From: an uncultured virus (IMG/VR IMGVR_UViG_3300042673_001922)
Taxonomy: Duplodnaviria > Heunggongvirae > Uroviricota > Caudoviricetes
Strand: one strand, 5' to 3'
IMG/VR virus record: IMGVR_UViG_3300042673_001922
Span: 1 to 64,000 of that record
DNA length: 64,000 bases
Positions 35,701-47,600 of this stretch are shown in pieces. The translations under genes and the position numbers were made by a program. A model generated the notes under the pieces. It saw nothing but the letters and a program-made list of their open reading frames with translations, made no database searches and was not told where the DNA came from. Position 1 is the stretch's first letter. Each line of letters starts with the position of its first letter.

Positions 35701-38681
35701 TTGTTCTTAAGCCTAATATGAAATTTACTTTTGACAAAGATCAGTGGGACTTTAGCCCAGTGCTAAAAATTTTTCAAGCATTTATAGATCCAAATGAAGA
35801 CTATGCAAAAAAACCTGACAAGTTTAAAAAATTACTAGCAGCAAACAGGTCAGAAGGAAGTAGCAGTAGTAACTGGTTTGGTAAGGCTGCAGAAGATGTA
35901 AATGGATTTTGGGATAAAAATGTTGGCCCACTTTTTACGGCTATAGGAGATTCATTATCTGGAATCGTTAACTTATTTAGAATGTCAATGATGCAGCTTG
36001 GATATGGTCTATCTCAAGTAGGCCAAATGTCAAAACAAGCAAATATTTTAAATAAAGTTCTTAATGATTCAATTTACTACTCACTTGGAAGACCTGGCTC
36101 CTTGCTAAGAGCAGTAGACAATCCCTTTACAAGAGAATACGGCGAGCCAGTAATTGAAATTAGACAGCCATTCCAGAGAATACATTATCTAAGTTCATTT
36201 TCTCATATTCTTTCAAATGGAATAACAGAAAATATAAATGGAGTTGCCACTATGGTGACTGCTGTTTCTGATGGAAAATATCCCGTAACAGTTGCTTTAG
36301 ACAAATCTGCACCACCAGAAAGACAGGTTGAAAAAACAGTTGAGACTGGACTTTATTTTGACAATGTAGTTGGGTCTGGATTATTTGGAGCACTGCATCC
36401 TATTATGCACCCGTTTGAGTTTGCTAGAGGAATATCTAAAAATGCACAAGGCACTCCAGATGAGCTTCTGGCTAAAAGAGTTGCACTATCACACCTAAGA
36501 GAATCCTTAAAGGACATCTACACTGGAGAAATTGTAATAATAGGTAATGCAGATATTAGACCTCATGACTTAGTCTACCTTGCTGATGTGTATGAAAGAA
36601 TGTACGGCATGTTTGAGGTTGAACAAGTTGTTCATCACTTTACCTCAGAACTTGGATATATAACTTCAATTACACCAAATGCTTTAGTTACCGTGAATGA
36701 TCCATCAAGATGGTTTATGTCATCTTGGATTGGAACATGGCTACATATGCAGTCATTAAGAAACGATACTAGAATGTACATGAGTTCTTTAGGTTCTGGA
36801 ATAAATAATATGGGCCAGGTTAGCGTTGATGGACTGTCGGATTCATTGCAAACTCAAATGATTGGAGGAATGCAATATACACACGGAGCCTCAGCAATCA
36901 CTAAAGATATAATGGCCCACTTTGCTTCTGAGGGCATAACTGATATTAACTCTCAGGTTAAAGGATTGGTCAGCAATCAATCTGCTTTTACTAATGGAAG
37001 CGCTAAGATAGGTGGAGTGGGTGCTATGTTTATGGGAGCTACAGCCTTAGGTGGTGCAGCACTGAAAATAGCTTCACTAGCTGTTCCTGGGGCCGGAGCA
37101 CTAGTTGTAGGCGCTGCTACTGGAATAGGTGCTGGAATTGGAGGAAAGGCAGCATGGAAGGGCTGGAGCTGGATTAGAGACAATGTGCTAGATCAACACG
37201 GTTGTTATATCCAATACCTAAACAGGAACGGAAGAGCTATGGATGCCGGCCTTAATCAAAGTGGTCAAGGAATGGTAGTTGGCAGATATCATACAAAGAA
37301 GCTTCTTCCTGGAATCTTAGGAGTTTCAAGTAAGGTTAGAACAGAGCAGGGATATAGTTACATTAGAACAAACGATCTGCTAAAAAATCTTGGATGGAAA
37401 GAAAAAGAAATAAACGATTTAGTTAGGTATATAGACTTAGAGAATGCACTAGTTAACTCTCAAGTACTTAGATACTCAGGAATAGGCCCTGAAAAAGCCG
37501 GACTTAATAGATTCTTTAAAGTGATATGCAGGGTTACAGAAGTTACAGACGGTGACACTATAGACGTAGTTGATATTTTTGATTCAACTAAAACTCCATT
37601 CACAGTGCGTTTTCTTGGAATAGACACTCCTGAATTAAATGTAATTAAATCTGCTGTTTCAACAAATAATGGAATTAATTTTAAACTTCAATCATATAAA
37701 GTGGAAGACATTCCAGGCGAAGTAGTAAACAAAGCTACCTTTACAACTGTTGCTCCTCATTCCTTTGAGGTTGATGATACTGTAGTTTTTAATCAAAGTT
37801 CAGAAACCTTTCCATCTGTTAGCTCAGCTGCCAAGGTTGAATCGGTAACATCAAATACTTTTAGTATTTCAACTACCTCACCAGTTATTGGATTAACTTC
37901 AACGGATGCAGTTGCACTAAGATTACCAATCTCAGACAGCGTCAAGGAATGGTCAAAAGTTAACTATCTTTCACCTGGAGGAAAATCATTAGCCTATGTA
38001 GAGTCTGCGCTTAAAGATAAGCTAATTATTGTCAGACTATCTCCTGATAGAAAAAAAGTAACTGCATCTCTTGCAGAGGAAAATTTTGATGCAGGAAATG
38101 TTCATAACAAATCAGACTATTATGAAAAAGATATTTTTGGCAGCAGATCTCTGGGTGTTATATTTTATAAGTCTGATAAAGAAGCTGTAGAAAATATAGC
38201 TAAAGAAGTCAACTCTATATTTACTACATCTTTAAAACTATCACTATCCGATTTATTAGATAAAAAGTTAAAATTAAATTTAGCTGAACCAGTGTTTATT
38301 GAAAGATTTAAAGAAATATTTAATACCTGCGAAGAAGTCTACAATAACTTAACCGTAGGTGGCAGTGGAAATAAAGATTACTATTCCCTATATGCAAGTT
38401 CGCCGTTGCAGTCAATGACTCCAAAGTTTAGAAGATATTATAATGCTTTTTTTGCAGTTAAAGTTCTTGAATATATATATGGAAAAGTTTCAGAATGGCC
38501 AAATATAGAATGGGATGAGTTCTATAGCGATGGAACTCCAGCATCATTAAACTATGAACTTATTGTAAATAATTTAGCTAAAGTTTATACAAGAGATCTA
38601 CTAGTTGAACAAAGGTCGGTAATAGATACAACTGAGATGGCAGCTCTTCCAAGTCAAATAAAAGTAGATAGGGACATGTAA
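26756..38681 (+). CDS. Giant baseplate hub-like virion protein (about 3974 aa) with C-terminal SNase-like nuclease domain, joined across a +1 shift at C34244
   Basis: Junction VDNG-[c]-GKGNELMLEK. Hub-like motifs LKPGVRVHLRGGYGSN...LFNGVIT and IIGNADIRPHD...FEVEQVVHHF...TSITP; SNase motifs VTDGDTI, VRFLGIDTPE and LNYELIVNNLAKVY. Confidence 0.65.
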
Positions 38682-38682
38682 T

Positions 38683-40759
38683 ATGAGCGATTTTAATTAT
38701 TCAATCGAAGACTTAACAGATACATCTTCTATAGCTAGAAAAACTTCTAATAATTTTTACGGAAATCTACCTACAGGAGAACCAGTTGTTACATCGTTTT
38801 CTCAATCAGGAGATGCCTCTAGAAGCTTAACTCAAAGAGATCTTCAAAGTGTGTTAGCCGGAGATGCGTTGTATAGAAATCCAGCTTTTGCTTTGCAGTT
38901 ATCAAATCAGTCCGCTCAATCTAGTATTAATGGAATATTGGGAAGCATAAGCGGGGCAGATGACAAGAACATCGTCATACAGGATCCAAATAGCAGCAAC
39001 CCCAATGCAAAGTTAGTTCGGAGCTGCAGCTTTTCATCAGATAGTTGCCAAGAGCTCTTTGGGTTCAAACTCTTTACCTTATGGTTCAAGAAACTTTTTT
39101 GCTAACTTAGAAAATAATCTACAAGGTGGATCTGGTTCTCCGGCAAGTAATGATTCTAGTAATCATGAGGATTCATCCGATTATAATTTTGACCCAACAA
39201 ATGGTGGACAGTCAGAGATAAGAGTATACACACTAAAAGAAGACTTATCCCAGGAAGAAGTATCTGTTTTTGAGGATAAAATTAAAGAACTAAAATCAAA
39301 AGGTATCGCTGTCAATGAATCAATTCCTTTTAAAGCAGATGCTTTTAAGAAATTAGATAAAGGAATAACTATTGGAGCAACAAATTCCGCAGGATCTGCA
39401 GGTATAGAAATAGATTCTAGTTTTAATATAGAAAGAGCAAACGGTAAACATGTGTACCCATGTGCTAATCTTATAGAATTTCTTTTATCAATAAATACAA
39501 AAATTAAATTAACTGGTGGATTTGATTTAGGTAGAGATGCAATGATAGAAGGTAGTGGCGCAATCGCAGATGGCAAGAGACTTAATGACCATTCTTCTGG
39601 AAGAGGGATAGACTGTTTTCATATTGGAAGTATTGATTCAAGCTTAATTAATTTAGAGCCAAGGAATTTAGAAAATAATAAAAAAGCTTTTACCATTTTA
39701 TTAGATGCTATGTTACACTTGGACGAAAGCCTTCTTCCAGATCTCGTGGTCTTCGATGATAGGCTAGCAGATGAGTTTGGAATAGTGCAGGGTGGAAATG
39801 AGTTTACATCATCGAAAGCTGCTGGTGTAAATGGCATTATTCAAAAAAAATATAAAAATTTAAAAAAAGTAAACTTCAGTGCTAATACCGGTCACCAGAA
39901 TCATATCCATATAGCTTTTTCACCAGAAAGAGCAGGAACTTATTTAGATTATACAATAGCTGATCCAGGATCTCCTTGGGACCCCACAACTCCAGTAGGC
40001 ACACCCGGCTCTTCTGAACAATTAATATTTGAGCCCGAGTTGTATCAAAGTGCAATTAATCAACCAGACAAGGTAATAAAAAATAAAAATGCTCTGTATA
40101 CGGCTCTTGTAGAATTTGGTAAATTTAAACCACAACAAGCAGCTCTTTTTATGGCCATAACAGAGAGAGAGTCGCATTTTCAGTCAGGTGGATTTAATGG
40201 CAAGATTACTACTGGTGATTATTCTTTTGGTTTTTGGCAAGTAAATTTTTACGGAGAAGGGGTCAGTGAGCGTCTTGATATGTTTGTTAATGTTCCAAGT
40301 ATAAATAATGGAAAAATAACTTCAAAAAAAGTAAAGCTCTTACATTTAGTCTTTAAAGATCATGCATCTTTAGGAATTACTACAAAAGAACAAGCAACTG
40401 CATTAATGGAAACTATATTTAAAACTGAAGGTATAGGTGGAGGAAGAAAGTATGCTGATCCAATCCTTTTTTGGCCAGCTGTACAAGTTCAACTTTTAAA
40501 ATTAATAACTGATTCATCCGGAAATCCTAATTGGAAATTCTCCCCTTGGGGAGAATATGGTGGTGGTCCAGCTTATGGGTGGATAACAAAATTAAAGTTT
40601 AAAACTGCAGTAGACTTTTATGTTAGAAATAATCCTGGAAAAACTGCAGAAGATTTAAAGTCATTTTGCAGACCATTTGTTGACAATATGAAGAAATACA
40701 GTCCTGAAGGAATAGCAGTTTATAACCAATGGTTGGATGGAGTAGTTTTCGGTGAATAA
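38683..40759 (+). CDS. Tail-associated peptidoglycan hydrolase (about 691 aa): M15-like Zn peptidase plus SLT-like transglycosylase, joined across a +1 shift at C39019
   Basis: Junction AKLV-[c]-GAAAFHQ. Peptidase-like DHSSGRGID...HQNHIHIAF; lysozyme-like AITERES...DYSFGFWQVN...FSPW. Confidence 0.7.
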
Positions 40760-41115
40760 TATATATCCTAAGTTTGATCAAAAGATTAGTGATCACATTA
40801 CATCTTCTAGAATGCAAGAGCAAAAAACAAGAGCTGGAACGGTCACAAGTTATGATAGAATAAGTCATACTGTAACTGTAGTTTTAGAATCACACAGTTC
40901 TAACATGATAGGAAATATAGTGGACAATATACCTTGTCCATCTTTTTATCGGAATTCAAATGGTTGCTCCGGAACCAGGGGACAGATGCATAATAGGCTT
41001 TAGTGACGAAAATGAAAGATCTCCATTTATAGTTAATTTTATAAATGACTTTAGCAATGAAAGAAACGTAAACTCTTCTATTGCAAATACTGGAATACCA
41101 AGGTATATGATTTAA
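40752..41115 (+). CDS. Baseplate spike/gpV-like OB-fold protein (about 120 aa), joined across a +1 shift at C40950
   Basis: AGTVTSYD...TVTV...NIPCPSFY-[c]-GIQMVAPEPGDRCIIGF restores the PxxGDxxxxxF motif of gpV/gp45-type spikes. The stop at 41113-41115 abuts the next start at 41117. Confidence 0.7.
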
Positions 41116-41116
41116 T

Positions 41117-41773
41117 ATGAACAATAAAAAATTATTAAATAATGCATTAACAAACAATGTAGACAATTTCAATGAAGCCCATGAGTTGTCAAAGAGATCC
41201 TCTTTTTCAAGAAGAGAGGTTGGCTTAACCCATCCTGATACAAGCGCTTTTGTTAGATTGAATGACAAGGGAGACGTAGAAATATTTGCTGGAGAAGAGC
41301 TAGGGATAGTAATTAGCCCTAGCAGTAGGTCAATCTCTATATTTGCTGATGTTGTAAAGATAGTCACTAAAGAAGACTATGGTCTAAGGTGGAATAACAT
41401 GAGCTTTAATTATGCCGGAGATATATACAATGAGCCTTCTTTAGTCCAAACTAGTGAAAAAGAACATAATTCTGGCTTTAATTACGCAGATTATTATCTT
41501 GAGGCACTAGGCACTTATGATGATATCGAAAAATCAGATAATATCACTACTATAACTGGTGATTTTGCTTTCGTTAAAACTCCCTCCGAAAGAAGGGAAG
41601 AATCTCCCACTGTAAATAATCCTTCTGTTATTTCAAAAAATGACATGGTTTTATTAAAAGAGTTTGCCTTAACAAATAGCAATGAAAAAGTTAAATATAT
41701 GACTCAACTACTTGAGTCTGGCTTTACTTTTAGTCAAGCAAGAGAAAAAACAATGAGGGATAAGGGTGTCTGA
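41117..41773 (+). CDS. Putative baseplate/spike-associated protein
   Basis: GLTHPDTSAFVRLNDKGDVEIFAG beta-strand pattern; located between the spike and wedge genes. Confidence 0.45.
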   Translation: MNNKKLLNNALTNNVDNFNEAHELSKRSSFSRREVGLTHPDTSAFVRLNDKGDVEIFAGEELGIVISPSSRSISIFADVVKIVTKEDYGLRWNNMSFNYAGDIYNEPSLVQTSEKEHNSGFNYADYYLEALGTYDDIEKSDNITTITGDFAFVKTPSERREESPTVNNPSVISKNDMVLLKEFALTNSNEKVKYMTQLLESGFTFSQAREKTMRDKGV

Positions 41774-42146
41774 TCTATTTCTTACTTTAGACGGAGATAT
41801 TTTAATTAACGGAAATAACGACGTTGCCAGGGTAAATACATCACTTCAAAATGACGTTCAGCAAGTTTATGTTAGATTAATGACTGAGCCCGGAGACTTC
41901 AGCGCTTATCCAAGTTTAGGTCTTGATCTCTCGGTTCTATATGGCATGCCACAGAATCAACAGACTGGTCAAATGGGTAGAGACTTAATACTATCTGCTT
42001 TAAATAGAGAAGGTTCATTTAAGGGAAGAAATATTAATGTTACTGCAGTTCCGACAAGTGCAGATACAATAAGATTTGACATACATGTTCAATCGGGAAG
42101 TAACCAGCCAGTAACTTTAAGCATAAAACAAAACTTAGGAGCATAA
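41766..42146 (+). CDS. Baseplate wedge/sheath initiator (gp25-like)
   Basis: DLFLTLDGDI...QQVYVRLMTEPGD...YPSLGLDL; directly precedes the baseplate J gene. Confidence 0.7.
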   Translation: MSDLFLTLDGDILINGNNDVARVNTSLQNDVQQVYVRLMTEPGDFSAYPSLGLDLSVLYGMPQNQQTGQMGRDLILSALNREGSFKGRNINVTAVPTSADTIRFDIHVQSGSNQPVTLSIKQNLGA

Positions 42147-42151
42147 TATAA

Positions 42152-43321
42152 ATGGCTACAGTTAATAGTAAAACAAAAGATGAAATTATAGTTAGAATCA
42201 TAAACTCACTAGAACAAAATGCTAATATAACTGCCACATCTCCAGGTTCTGTAGCCAGGGCTTTCGCTGATGCTTTTGGAACTGAAATGTTTTATCTCTA
42301 TGAGTCTTTTAGAGAATCAGTAAGTCAAGGTAATTTGTCTACAGCTTCTGGAAGATCTCTTGATTTAATAGGTGAATTATATAATGTAAGAAGAAAAGTT
42401 CTTTCTGATCAGTTGACTTATGAAAGATCAACAGCAAATATAGAGTTTTTTATTAGCAATTCATTTCAGTCATCAATTGTTATTCCTAAAGGAACACTGG
42501 TTTACAATGACGTTGGCTCATTTAACTCTTCCCAATATAGCTATAGGGTAGTCCAAGACATAGTTATATTGAGTGGAGTAAGTAAAGCATACGGAATAGT
42601 TGAGCCAAATTTTCAGTCAAATGAATATGTTGCATCTGTAGGGACTCTGACTAAGCATAACTATATAGCTCCTCCAGGAATCTTGGTGTTTTGCAATAAC
42701 CCAAAAGAAATATATCCAATTTTAAACTCAGAGTCAGACGATAACTACAGAAGAAGAATACTCTCAGCAGTTAAGGTTAATACGACTGGAACTCTTGAGT
42801 CTATAAGATTTGCAGCTCTTTCAGTAAGCGGAGTAAGAGACATAAGAGTTAGAGAAGCTACCTATGGTCTTGGTTCCTGTGAGGTTATTATTGTTCCAGA
42901 AGTTCCAGGAAGAATTGGAAACATTCCAACACTTGTAAACCAGGCAATTAATAACATTAGACCACTCGGGATTAGAATGAATGTAACAATAGCAGATCCT
43001 ATTTCTGTTGCTGTAAATGCAACCATATCCCTTCCATTTGGTACTGCAAATAATCTTCAAAAAGGCATTGAAAATCAAGCTGCAATATTTGTTAAGAGAT
43101 ATTTAAACTCTCTTACAATAGGAGATTTTGTTGCTATTCAAGAAATTGAAAGACAAATAAAAATATCTTCTGATTTTATAAAGTCCATTAACATTACTTC
43201 AATGACAGCTGGTGGAGTAACAGTTAATAGAAAAGAATTTAAACCACAAAATGAAAGACAATACATTGTTTCTGGCACAATCAACATAAACTCTGTTATA
43301 ATTGGTGCATCAAACTACTAA
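42152..43321 (+). CDS. Baseplate J-like protein
   Basis: PGSVAR...STASGRSLDLIGELYNVRR...IPKGTLV...ESDDNYRRRI...ALSVSGVRD...GLGSCEV. Confidence 0.85.
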   Translation: MATVNSKTKDEIIVRIINSLEQNANITATSPGSVARAFADAFGTEMFYLYESFRESVSQGNLSTASGRSLDLIGELYNVRRKVLSDQLTYERSTANIEFFISNSFQSSIVIPKGTLVYNDVGSFNSSQYSYRVVQDIVILSGVSKAYGIVEPNFQSNEYVASVGTLTKHNYIAPPGILVFCNNPKEIYPILNSESDDNYRRRILSAVKVNTTGTLESIRFAALSVSGVRDIRVREATYGLGSCEVIIVPEVPGRIGNIPTLVNQAINNIRPLGIRMNVTIADPISVAVNATISLPFGTANNLQKGIENQAAIFVKRYLNSLTIGDFVAIQEIERQIKISSDFIKSINITSMTAGGVTVNRKEFKPQNERQYIVSGTININSVIIGASNY

Positions 43322-43337
43322 AGGTTGGTTTAAATTA

Positions 43338-44579
43338 ATGAGTGAAAAATACTTTCTCTTGACAACTACGCATATTGTCAAGGCGCCAAATATGACTCAG
43401 GCAAAAATGACTATAGAAAAAGAAGAAGACTCTTTTGGAGAAACTCTAAAAGAAACTCTGGATATAAATGAAGTAAGCGTTGCTGAAGCTAGTAAATACA
43501 TAGGATTCTCTGAAACATCTAGACAAGATGAAGACTATGGTTCAACACAGGATACAGACTCAGAGTCAGATGGAACTTCTTATAATAATAAGTTTGACTT
43601 CATCAGAGCTGAGAATAAAAGACTTGCTCGTCTAGCTGAAAAGAATAAAAACGTAAAAGACGAAACTATACTAGCAGTATATGAAGCTGCTTATTCAGCA
43701 TTCTCTGAATTTGAACTTCCTGCAATTAAACAAAAGAATGCTCCATCCTCCAAAAAAGGGGTATCGGAAACAGCAGTGGCAGTTTTTGCAGACTGGCAAC
43801 TTGGCAAGGTTACGCCTTCTTATAACTCAGAAGTTCTTGCACAAAGAATAGAAGCTTATGCAGAAAAGCTTATTGAGATTACAGACATTCAAAGAACGCA
43901 CCACCCAGTAGATGATTTACACGTTTGGCTTTTAGGTGATATCGTAGAGGGTGAAGAGATTTTTCCTGGCCAAAGCCATTTAATTGACTCTGGTCTTTAT
44001 AGGCAGGTCGGAATTAATGGTCCTGAAATCTTGGGTAACTTTCTTAGAACAGCACTTGAGAACTTTAAGCACGTTCACGTTACAGGGATTATAGGCAATC
44101 ACGGGGCAGTCGGCGGAAGAGCAAGAAAGCAACATGACCCTGAGACAAACATGGATAGATTACTCTATAAGATTGTCCAATTAATCTTCAAGGATGAACC
44201 AAGAATTACCTTTAATATACCAGATGGTAAAGGTGAGAGAAACTTTTATGCAGTTGATACAATAGGCTCATACAGTTCACTTCTCATTCATGGCGATCAA
44301 ATGCCTGCACCAAGTGCCTCATACGGTTACTATAAAAAGGTAATGGGCTGGAAAGATGGCGCTATCCCGGAGCATTTTGAAGACGTATTTATGGGTCATT
44401 ACCATCAACAGGTAAAGATGACCATAGGTAGTAGTCTTTTAAGAATTTCTGGATCACCAGAAAGTCACAATACATATGCTCAGGAATACTTCTCTTCAAT
44501 GAGCAGACCATGCCAACACCTAATGTTTGTACATCCAGACAATGGAGTTACCTCAGAGTACTCAATCTGGTTAGATTGA
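43338..44579 (+). CDS. Calcineurin-like metallophosphoesterase
   Basis: Complete motif set ADWQLG, LGDIVEG, GNHG, HGD and GHYH. ATG 43338 avoids overlap with baseplate J. Confidence 0.8.
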   Translation: MSEKYFLLTTTHIVKAPNMTQAKMTIEKEEDSFGETLKETLDINEVSVAEASKYIGFSETSRQDEDYGSTQDTDSESDGTSYNNKFDFIRAENKRLARLAEKNKNVKDETILAVYEAAYSAFSEFELPAIKQKNAPSSKKGVSETAVAVFADWQLGKVTPSYNSEVLAQRIEAYAEKLIEITDIQRTHHPVDDLHVWLLGDIVEGEEIFPGQSHLIDSGLYRQVGINGPEILGNFLRTALENFKHVHVTGIIGNHGAVGGRARKQHDPETNMDRLLYKIVQLIFKDEPRITFNIPDGKGERNFYAVDTIGSYSSLLIHGDQMPAPSASYGYYKKVMGWKDGAIPEHFEDVFMGHYHQQVKMTIGSSLLRISGSPESHNTYAQEYFSSMSRPCQHLMFVHPDNGVTSEYSIWLD

Positions 44580-44604
44580 TTCAAAAATTGAAAGGCATCT
44601 GTAG

Positions 44605-47600
44605 ATGAAGCAATTTATCATAGCACTTAGGAGTGCAGATTTTGTTAAATCTGGTAAAAGCTGGTCTACAGGTGCTATCGATTTATATCACAATAAATGG
44701 TATACCAACTACTCTATCTCAAGGTCTAGAAATGGCCTGAATACTATTGGTGATAGAACATTTGTTGGCACCGAAATAATACAGGATGCTACTCCTACCA
44801 TTGTAGTAGATGGTTCGACCCCAGTAAGCGTTACAAACTATGGCGAAATTGTCCAACAAGCTGGAGTTGTATCGTACAATATCTTTGATTACGATCAAGA
44901 GTCTGGTCAATATTATATATATGATTTGATACAAGACTCTTCTCCATTTTATATTCTCAATCCAGATTCTGTAGACTTAGATCTTTTTAGATTTATTGAC
45001 ACAAAATCAAGAGTAGATATATTAAGCTCTAAGCGGAGCGTTTACTGAATCAGTTAATCAAGATAATCCTACCTACACTTTAATAACCTATGAGTCTGAT
45101 TCTACAGAAGGGCCATGGTTAAAGTCTGCCATATCTCAAGACGTAGGAACTCTTTTTATAAAAAACGCTAAAAGATATGTAAGATTTGAATTAGAGATAG
45201 TATCATTTCTTAACCCTGAAGACGTAGAAGACTATGGTTTTGTTCTACTTGTAGAAGTAGCAGTAGATAATCCAGTATCTCCAGTATTGTCTAGAGCAAC
45301 AAAGAAGATTCTTTCAAGATTTCCATCTTGGATGAAAATGTTTACAGACTCAGAAGATGATGCTACTCCCAGCTTACAACTGCCTCAGACTATAGCTGGA
45401 AAATTTGTTAACTCTTTAGTATCTGATTTTCCAGAAAATTTTGAAAAACAAGTAAACCTATTTCAACTAGATAGATTTATTACAACTTCTGACTTAGAGC
45501 AGTCAGCGTGGATGTATGTTTGTTCAGATGTTCCGGCATCGATATCCAGAGTAACTGGCGATGGGATACCCTTAGCAAGAATAGATTCAATAGTAGATTT
45601 ATATGAATCTTTAGAAAATGACTATTGCTATTATTATAATGCTGTTGATAGACAGATTCTTACTAAAAAATTATTTAAAGTTTTGTCTGCTGACAGTATC
45701 GTATATGAACAGGCTCCAACTCTTAAGTGGAACTGGTTTGATGAATTTGCATCTCGTGTTGGAATACAAAGATTATATCTTGAATCAAATGATAGTCTTA
45801 AAAAAAGAACATTAGATGTTTATAAAAATCTTCCTGGACCAACAGTAGAAGCAATTAAGAGAACCTTAAGAAGAGAACTTAATATATGGAGTGCTTATGG
45901 GGCAACTCCTGATTCAGATTATTTAGGAGCAACTCCTGAAATAATTGAAATCCAAAACATGGAAAGTTCCAGTCCATACTTTGATGGATACGGCAAGCCA
46001 ACATCAAAATTTATTGATTTTGTAAAAGATATAAATGAAAAGTATCCAACAAATTGGGGATATGTTAAATGGGGCGAAGGATACTGGGACTATGCTGGAA
46101 AAGATCAGTTTAGCATAGGTAGAATTGCTTCATCTTATGATGATGCAACTCCATTAGGTTCTTACTACCAGCCTGGAGTTGGAGATATCAACGATGCAAA
46201 TATTATCGTAAAAGAGCCTTTTGAAAATGAGATAGAAGTAGAAGCTAGATTTTCTGCCACTGGACTTAGATATCTTGGAACAGAAGATAACTATGCTCCA
46301 GTTAAGGTTGACTATAAGTATTATGGATCTTACGATCAAGATTATTATGAAAACGATAGTGCAACAGTAAACTTCAGGTATGCATTACATACCACTCCTC
46401 ATGGGTCTTACTCTACATCAAAAACTTTTTATTCAGATCTAACATATAATCCAAAAAATGTATTCTACCCTGGACATCCAGCAAGTCCTGAATTTAATGT
46501 TATGAACATATTTGATCAGGACGGTTATGCTTATACTGGATATGTATTTAAAGATATATCTAATGATCAACCATACTTAAATGTATCTGCTACATCTGCT
46601 AGTCCAAATTCAAATAGAATAAATTATTACTATGCAACAAAAGCTTCTGCTACGCCATCGTCTGGTTCTTCTAATTTTGAGATTGGATTCGTTGGTTCAA
46701 CACCTTCAACGAGTGTTATCGGAAGTCCAATCAATTTATCTACACCAAATTTTAGTAATAATGGTGCTAATATTAGGTTAATTTCAAATGTTTATAATAA
46801 AAAAAGAGGTTCTTTTACTACATCTCCAAAAATTGATGGCAGTTTTGTTCTCAATGGAATTAATTCTTTTTCTGAATTAAAAGATTTTACACTAGATAAA
46901 GATTCAATGATGAACACTTTAGTATTCCCACCTGGAGCAACTCCAGCCTATGTTCATATTGAAAATGTTAAGCCAGTTGGATACGAAGACAATATTCTTC
47001 TTAATGTTGCATCTCCCTATATTGGTTATGGTGGAGTTTCTACTTACGATTTTCTAGATTACTTAGTCCCAGCCTCGCCTAATATAGTTGCTAAGTATAT
47101 AAATCCAAATTTTGCAACACCTCAAAATCACCTTGGTTACATTGGTACATCTGGATCTACAGTAAGTTATTATTTTGCAGATTTAAAGTATCCATATGGA
47201 TCAACTCCTGATTCTATTATATTTAGCACGGGGCTATCCTCTACTCCAGTTTATCCATTTAAAGTTGAATCATGGGAAACCTTTGAAGAATATAGCACTC
47301 CAATAATTCAGGCTTTAGTTAATAAAAACGGAGTAGTAAGATACGATCAAGATAATTGGGATGAAACATTTAGTAAGAATTCAAATATAGTTGGCAGATA
47401 TGAATTAAATTACGAAACATTTGGCCTTGATCCTGATAATGATTATATTTACAAACTTGAAGCCGTTAACGAAACAGAAGGAGTAGAGCTTTATCTTTCA
47501 GAGCAATATGTTTCCGTTGACAACGAAGATGACATATGGATCTCTAACTCACTAACTGAATATGAAGGTGGAATTATTGCCGATGTTCAAGTTAGTGCAA

